Below are positions 59,483-64,000 of a stretch of DNA of 64,000 nucleotides, one piece after another. The DNA comes from an uncultured Aquiluna sp. Its GTDB lineage: Bacteria; Actinomycetota; Actinomycetes; Actinomycetales; Microbacteriaceae. Made by a program: the position numbers and the translations under genes. Location of the stretch: assembly GCA_913775595.1 (NCBI GenBank), contig CAJYLB010000001.1, positions 992,001 through 1,056,000 of the forward strand. Direction: 5' to 3'. Under the pieces are notes generated by a model. The model saw only the letters and a program-made list of their open reading frames with translations, was not told where the DNA came from and did not search any database. The stretch's first letter is position 1. Every line of letters starts with the position of its first letter.

Positions 59483-60338
59483 AGATCCGAAGTGGCCTAG
59501 AGGCTCATCGCTGATAACAACTTCACCCTCACCAGTCGGGATTCTAGATATCCCCGCTCACAAGACCTCGATCAGTGAGACATCCGCTCACCTGACCCCA
59601 AAGGCAATTAGGGCAGCGCTGGCTCGCTATTCGACATTCAGCCACAGCACCTACGACGACATCTCCGGCACGTCCATCGAGGACCTGGGTGAAATAGCAG
59701 ACCCAGATGGCAACGAACAGGAAACCATCAGCAGGATTGCAAGCGCCGATAAGGAGCTCTTGATTGCGCTAGGTGGAGACAACTCGATCACCAACGCCGC
59801 CGCATTGGGTGCATTCAAGGAGGACCTGAGCACGGCAAGGCTCATCACCCTGGATGCTCACCACGACCTGCGGGATGGAATCTCGAATGGCTCGCCAGTG
59901 AGGAGACTTATTGATGCCGGGCTAAACCCAAAGAACGTCTTTCAAATCGGAATCAATGATTTTTCCAATTCCTTTGAATACGCATCGCTTGCCAAAGACC
60001 TCGGCATCAACGTGATCTCAAGAAACACCCTGGCCACAATCGGCATTCAAGAGGCCTGCAACATCGCGCTCAAGGATGCCGAGGGGCCGGTGTTTGTCGA
60101 TATCGATGTCGATGTTTGCGATCGCAGCGTGGTGCCAGCCTGCCCGGCCGCAGCACCCGGTGGGATCAGCGCATTTGAGCTTCGTCAGGCGGCGAGAATC
60201 CTCGCCGCAAGCCCAAAAGTGGTCGGCATGGATATGACCGAAATAGACGCCTCTAAAGACACCGAAGATCAAAGAACCGTCCGGCTCGGGGCCCTACTTG
60301 TCTTGGAGATGCTGGCTGGATTCAGGCTCAGGAGCTAG
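59475..60338 (+). CDS. hutG: Formimidoylglutamase (arginase family)
   Basis: DPKWPR, LGGDNS, DAHHDLR, SNGSPV, DIDVDVCD, PGG. Confidence 0.88.
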   Translation: MSEDPKWPRGSSLITTSPSPVGILDIPAHKTSISETSAHLTPKAIRAALARYSTFSHSTYDDISGTSIEDLGEIADPDGNEQETISRIASADKELLIALGGDNSITNAAALGAFKEDLSTARLITLDAHHDLRDGISNGSPVRRLIDAGLNPKNVFQIGINDFSNSFEYASLAKDLGINVISRNTLATIGIQEACNIALKDAEGPVFVDIDVDVCDRSVVPACPAAAPGGISAFELRQAARILAASPKVVGMDMTEIDASKDTEDQRTVRLGALLVLEMLAGFRLRS

Positions 60339-60344
60339 CGGGTC

Positions 60345-60387
60345 AACTGTGGATAAGTCGGCCTTTGCGGCGAGGTTGAGGGAGGCT
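60345..60387 (+). repeat. Degenerate direct repeat copy 1, containing DnaA box TGTGGATAA (60348-60356)
   Basis: AACTGTGGATAAGTCGGCCTTTGCGGCGAGGTTGAGGGAGGCT; aligns with 61129-61170. Confidence 0.55.
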
Positions 60388-60389
60388 TA

Positions 60390-60773
60390 CTACTCTCCGG
60401 AGTCTTTCACGAAATCTAGACCCAAGCCCAGTAGTTTTTCGTCGGATGTGTACAGGTAGAGCCCAGCCTCTGCCGCCTGAGCGAGGATCAGAAAGTCGAG
60501 GGGGTCTGTGCCGCGCAAGGATCCGAAACGTCTGGCTTCGAGTGCCGCTTGTGCGGTAAGTGGCAACTCTTCAATTCCTTGTCTGATGGTCGCCTCGACC
60601 AGCATCTTGGTGCTGGTTCCCAGGTAATCATCCTTTTGCAGCCACTCAAAAAATGTCAGGGGTGAAAAATACAGGGCTCTGGCACCGTTCAAACTGCGCT
60701 TGGTCGCCTTGCCGAGCCGAGCCGGCTTCTGGTGCAGGTTGATCAGGACATTTGTGTCAAGCAGGGCTTTCAT
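60390..60773 (-). CDS. vapC: VapC PIN-domain toxin
   Basis: LLDTNV, SPLTFFE, DPLDFLILAQA, TSD acidic residues; ATGA overlap with antitoxin. Confidence 0.9.
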   Translation of the reverse strand: MKALLDTNVLINLHQKPARLGKATKRSLNGARALYFSPLTFFEWLQKDDYLGTSTKMLVEATIRQGIEELPLTAQAALEARRFGSLRGTDPLDFLILAQAAEAGLYLYTSDEKLLGLGLDFVKDSGE

Positions 60774-61033
60774 ATCTCCATCGCATCCAACTTGCGTCGC
60801 CACTTGGCCCAGGCCTCATCCATGTGAGAGTTGTCATCGAAATCGATCTCCTCCCACTCCTTGGGCAGCTTGCCCTCTAAAGTGCCGAAAACAATCTTTG
60901 GCTTCTGAAACTTGATGATCTTGGCAACCGGCCTGCCGTGCTTGGTGATGATGACCTCTTCACCTCGAATTGCGTCTTCGACGAGAGCTGAGAACTGAGC
61001 CTTTGCCTCTGTGATTGTCACTATTTTTCCCAT
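60770..61033 (-). CDS. Phd/YefM-family antitoxin
   Basis: TITEAKAQFSALV...GEEVIITKHGRPVAKI; ATG 61033 preceded by TACACT-N6. Confidence 0.9.
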   Translation of the reverse strand: MGKIVTITEAKAQFSALVEDAIRGEEVIITKHGRPVAKIIKFQKPKIVFGTLEGKLPKEWEEIDFDDNSHMDEAWAKWRRKLDAMEI

Positions 61034-61054
61034 CTGCTCAGTGTAAATGAATTG

Positions 61055-61067
61055 GGTCAAATTGACC
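61055..61067. promoter_or_regulatory. Putative autoregulatory operator of phd-vapC
   Basis: GGTCAA-A-TTGACC palindrome 21 bp upstream of the antitoxin ATG. Confidence 0.6.
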
Positions 61068-61128
61068 AGAATTACTTTTGCCACTCTAGGCTACCCACAA
61101 GCTCCAATCGCGACTAGGCATCAATCAA

Positions 61129-61170
61129 AACTGTGGATAACTCAGGTGCAGGCAAGTCTGAGGGGAAGCT
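61129..61170 (+). repeat. Degenerate direct repeat copy 2, containing DnaA box TGTGGATAA (61132-61140)
   Basis: AACTGTGGATAACTCAGGTGCAGGCAAGTCTGAGGGGAAGCT; aligns with 60345-60387. Confidence 0.55.
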
Positions 61171-61265
61171 GAAATTACCCCGCTAAACTTAGAGAATTCC
61201 GCGCAAGGTAGCCGGCAACCAACGTCCATCCCGAAACAGGATTTCCTGCCAACCGAAGGGTAGAA

Positions 61266-61514
61266 GTGCCAAAAATCATCGTTGAGATCATGCCCAAGCA
61301 GGATCTATTAGACCCCCAGGGCAAGGCAGTAGCCAACGCCCTAACAAGAATGGGCAACAAAGACATCTCTGGCGTAAGAATCGGCAAGCGCATCGAGCTT
61401 CACTTCGACCGCGAGGTAACAGAGACAGACCTCGAAGAGGCAAAGAAGCAGGCCAAAGAGTTTCTATCAAACGACGTCATTGAGGACGTGGTAGCGGTAA
61501 CGGTAGAGAACTAA
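61266..61514 (+). CDS. purS: FGAM synthase subunit PurS
   Basis: [27 protein letters not shown]. Confidence 0.95.
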   Translation: MPKIIVEIMPKQDLLDPQGKAVANALTRMGNKDISGVRIGKRIELHFDREVTETDLEEAKKQAKEFLSNDVIEDVVAVTVEN

Positions 61515-62209
61515 TGCGCATAGGCGTCATCACCTACCCCGGCACCCTAGACGACCGCGATGCCCAGAGGGCAGTGCGCCTTGCAGGCGGCACCCCGGTC
61601 TCCCTCTGGCACGCAGACGACGATCTCAAGAAGGTAGATGCGGTAGTCCTGCCAGGTGGATTCTCCTATGGCGATTACCTGCGCTGCGGAGCAATTGCAG
61701 CCAAGGCCCCTGCCACCAAAGAGGTCATCAAAAAAGCCCAGCAGGGCCTGCCCGTGCTGGGCATTTGCAATGGCTTCCAGGTGCTAGTTGAGTCTCATCT
61801 CCTCCCAGGCGGGCTGATTAGAAACGAACACCAGCACTTCATCTGCAGGGACCAGAAACTAAGGGTTGAAAACAACCAGACCGCCTGGACCAGCTTGTTC
61901 GAAAAAGACGAGGAGATCACAATCCCTCTTAAGAACGGCGAGGGCGGCTACATCGCAACCGAAGACACCATCAAGATGCTCGAGGCAGAAAACCGAGTTG
62001 TCTTCCGCTACCTAGAACTAAACCCCAACGGCTCCATGAACGACATTGCGGGACTCACCAATGAGCGGGGCAACGTGGTTGGCCTCATGCCTCACCCTGA
62101 GCACGCCGTAGAACCAGGCTTCGGCCCAGACACCCCAGTTGCAACTAGAAGCGGCATCGACGGCCTCAAGTTCTTCCAGAGTGCCCTGAAGGCGTTGGTG
62201 AACAGCTAA
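61514..62209 (+). CDS. purQ: FGAM synthase glutaminase subunit PurQ
   Basis: [25 protein letters not shown]. Confidence 0.97.
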   Translation: MRIGVITYPGTLDDRDAQRAVRLAGGTPVSLWHADDDLKKVDAVVLPGGFSYGDYLRCGAIAAKAPATKEVIKKAQQGLPVLGICNGFQVLVESHLLPGGLIRNEHQHFICRDQKLRVENNQTAWTSLFEKDEEITIPLKNGEGGYIATEDTIKMLEAENRVVFRYLELNPNGSMNDIAGLTNERGNVVGLMPHPEHAVEPGFGPDTPVATRSGIDGLKFFQSALKALVNS

Positions 62210-64000
62210 TGCTCGGCAAGAAGAAAACACCATCGGGCGTCGACACCGTAGAGAACGCACAACAAGACCCAGATAAAGAGCAACCCTGGAAAGAGCTCGG
62301 CCTCAAAGAGGACGAGTATCAAAGCATCAGAGAGATCCTTGGCCGCAGGCCAACCTCCTCAGAGCTTGCGATGTATTCGGTGATGTGGTCCGAGCACTGC
62401 AGCTACAAGTCCTCCAAGATCTACCTCCGCCAGTTTGGCGAGAAGGTAACAGACGAGATGAAAAAACACCTCATGGTCGGCATGGGTGAGAACGCAGGTG
62501 TTGTCGACATCGGTGAGGGACTAGCAGTCACCTTCAAGGTTGAGAGCCACAACCACCCCAGCTACATTGAACCCTTCCAAGGAGCAGCAACGGGAGTTGG
62601 CGGCATCGTCCGCGACATTCTTTCGATGGGAGCAAGACCGGTGGCGGTCATGGACCAGCTCCGCTTCGGAGCACCACAGGACCCCGACACCGCAAGGGTC
62701 GTCCACGGCGTAGTAGATGGCATCAGCTTCTATGGCAACTGCCTGGGGCTTCCAAACATCGGCGGCGAGACTGTGTTTGACAAGGTCTACCAGGGCAACC
62801 CACTGGTCAATGCCCTTTCCATTGGCGCCCTCAAGCACGAAGACCTCCAGCTCGCCAAGGCAACCAATGCCGGCGACCTGGTGATCCTCTTTGGAGCCAG
62901 GACCGGAGCCGACGGCATTGGTGGCGTGAGCGTGCTGGCATCAGAGACCTTTGGTGACGAGGGTCCAACCAAGAGACCAGCGGTTCAGGTCGGAGATCCC
63001 TTTGCCGAGAAGGTGCTTATCGAGTGCTGCCTCGAGCTCTTCCACGCAGGCGTAGTTGCGGGCATCCAGGACCTGGGTGGTGCTGGTATCTCTTGTGCAA
63101 CAAGTGAGCTTGCCTCCAATGGCAACATGGGCATGAAGATTCAGCTCAAGAACGTGCTGCTTAGGGACGAGAGCCTCACCCCAGAAGAGATCCTGATGAG
63201 CGAGTCTCAAGAGCGCATGTGTGCAATTGTTCCCAAGAAGCACCTCAAGGGCTTCGAGAAGATCGTCAACAAGTGGGAGGTTGAGTACTCGGTCCTAGGT
63301 GAGGTAATCAACGAGGACCGGCTCTACATTGACTGGGGACACGAAGAGATCGTCAACGTGCCACCCAGAACCGTCGCCCACGACGGTCCTGTCTATGAGC
63401 GCCCAGTCGAATACCCCAAGTATCAAGATGCTCTAAACGCAGACAGCTCAGCAAAGCTCAAGAGGGCCGAGAACCCAACCGAGGTTGCCACCCAGCTCAT
63501 GGAGCTAATCTCCACCCCTAACCACGCAGACAAGTCCTGGGTTACCAACCAATATGACAAATACGTCATGGGAAACACAGCACTTGCCATGCCAGACGAT
63601 GGCGGCATGGTCAGGATCAGCGAGGAGACAGGTCTCGGTGTTGCCCTGGCAACAGATGCCAATGGCAAGTACTGCTACCTCGACCCCTATGAGGGAGCAA
63701 GGCAAGCACTAGCGGAGGCCTATAGAAACGTTGCTGTCACGGGCGCAGTCCCAAGAGCAGTAACCAACTGCCTAAACTTTGGCTCCCCTGAGAACCCAGA
63801 GGTGATGTGGCAATTCAAGCAGGCAACTGCGGGCCTCGCAGATGCCTGCCAAGAACTAGGTATTCCGGTAACAGGCGGCAACGTCAGCTTCTATAACCAA
63901 ACCGGCGACACAGCCATCTACCCAACCCCTGTAGTTGGTGTTCTAGGTGTCATTGATGATGTTGCGAGGAGGGTGCCATCAGGTTGGCAGGACGATGGCA
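62209..64000 (+). CDS. purL: FGAM synthase subunit PurL, truncated at window edge
   Basis: Manual translation from ATG 62209: ...[16 protein letters not shown]...[27 protein letters not shown]...LMSESQERM. Confidence 0.96.
   Translation, partial: MLGKKKTPSGVDTVENAQQDPDKEQPWKELGLKEDEYQSIREILGRRPTSSELAMYSVMWSEHCSYKSSKIYLRQFGEKVTDEMKKHLMVGMGENAGVVDIGEGLAVTFKVESHNHPSYIEPFQGAATGVGGIVRDILSMGARPVAVMDQLRFGAPQDPDTARVVHGVVDGISFYGNCLGLPNIGGETVFDKVYQGNPLVNALSIGALKHEDLQLAKATNAGDLVILFGARTGADGIGGVSVLASETFGDEGPTKRPAVQVGDPFAEKVLIECCLELFHAGVVAGIQDLGGAGISCATSELASNGNMGMKIQLKNVLLRDESLTPEEILMSESQERMCAIVPKKHLKGFEKIVNKWEVEYSVLGEVINEDRLYIDWGHEEIVNVPPRTVAHDGPVYERPVEYPKYQDALNADSSAKLKRAENPTEVATQLMELISTPNHADKSWVTNQYDKYVMGNTALAMPDDGGMVRISEETGLGVALATDANGKYCYLDPYEGARQALAEAYRNVAVTGAVPRAVTNCLNFGSPENPEVMWQFKQATAGLADACQELGIPVTGGNVSFYNQTGDTAIYPTPVVGVLGVIDDVARRVPSGWQDDG

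Noticed and set aside
60345..61170. oriC, dif/pdif or CRISPR interpretation of the DnaA-box repeats
   Set aside because: Only two boxes, no dnaA/dnaN or AT-rich unwinding element, no XerC/D arm pattern and no repeat-spacer periodicity.

Overview
This window is a densely packed segment of core chromosome from a genome-streamlined actinobacterium. Gene content, synteny and the tRNA-Phe sequence point to Microbacteriaceae, probably a small-genome freshwater lineage (inference). It carries the menaquinone cluster (menG, menF, menD, menA, menE, menB, menC, polyprenyl synthase), system II cytochrome c biogenesis, an archaeal-type aspS, proC, radA, argA, clpC, lysS, pantothenate and folate genes, ftsH-hpt-tilS-ppa, tRNA-Glu/Asp/Phe, an efflux/TipAS/Fluc block, and a purine cluster interrupted by gcvTHP, a hut cluster and two type II toxin-antitoxin pairs. 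I found no IS, integrase, prophage, rRNA or CRISPR array, and no clearly new multi-gene system. The most unusual signals are in the very short intergenic gaps: a ~33-bp promoter/leader motif shared by aspS and purS; TAG stop codons that appear to double as the -10 box of the next gene; a 17-bp bidirectional promoter between menB and menC; DnaA-box-headed direct repeats bracketing the vapBC cassette; operator palindromes (HutR-like, ClgR-like, XRE, TA); and two small ORFs missed by the ORF track (bS22 and a 42-aa amphipathic peptide). All calls come from manual reading; no searches were run.
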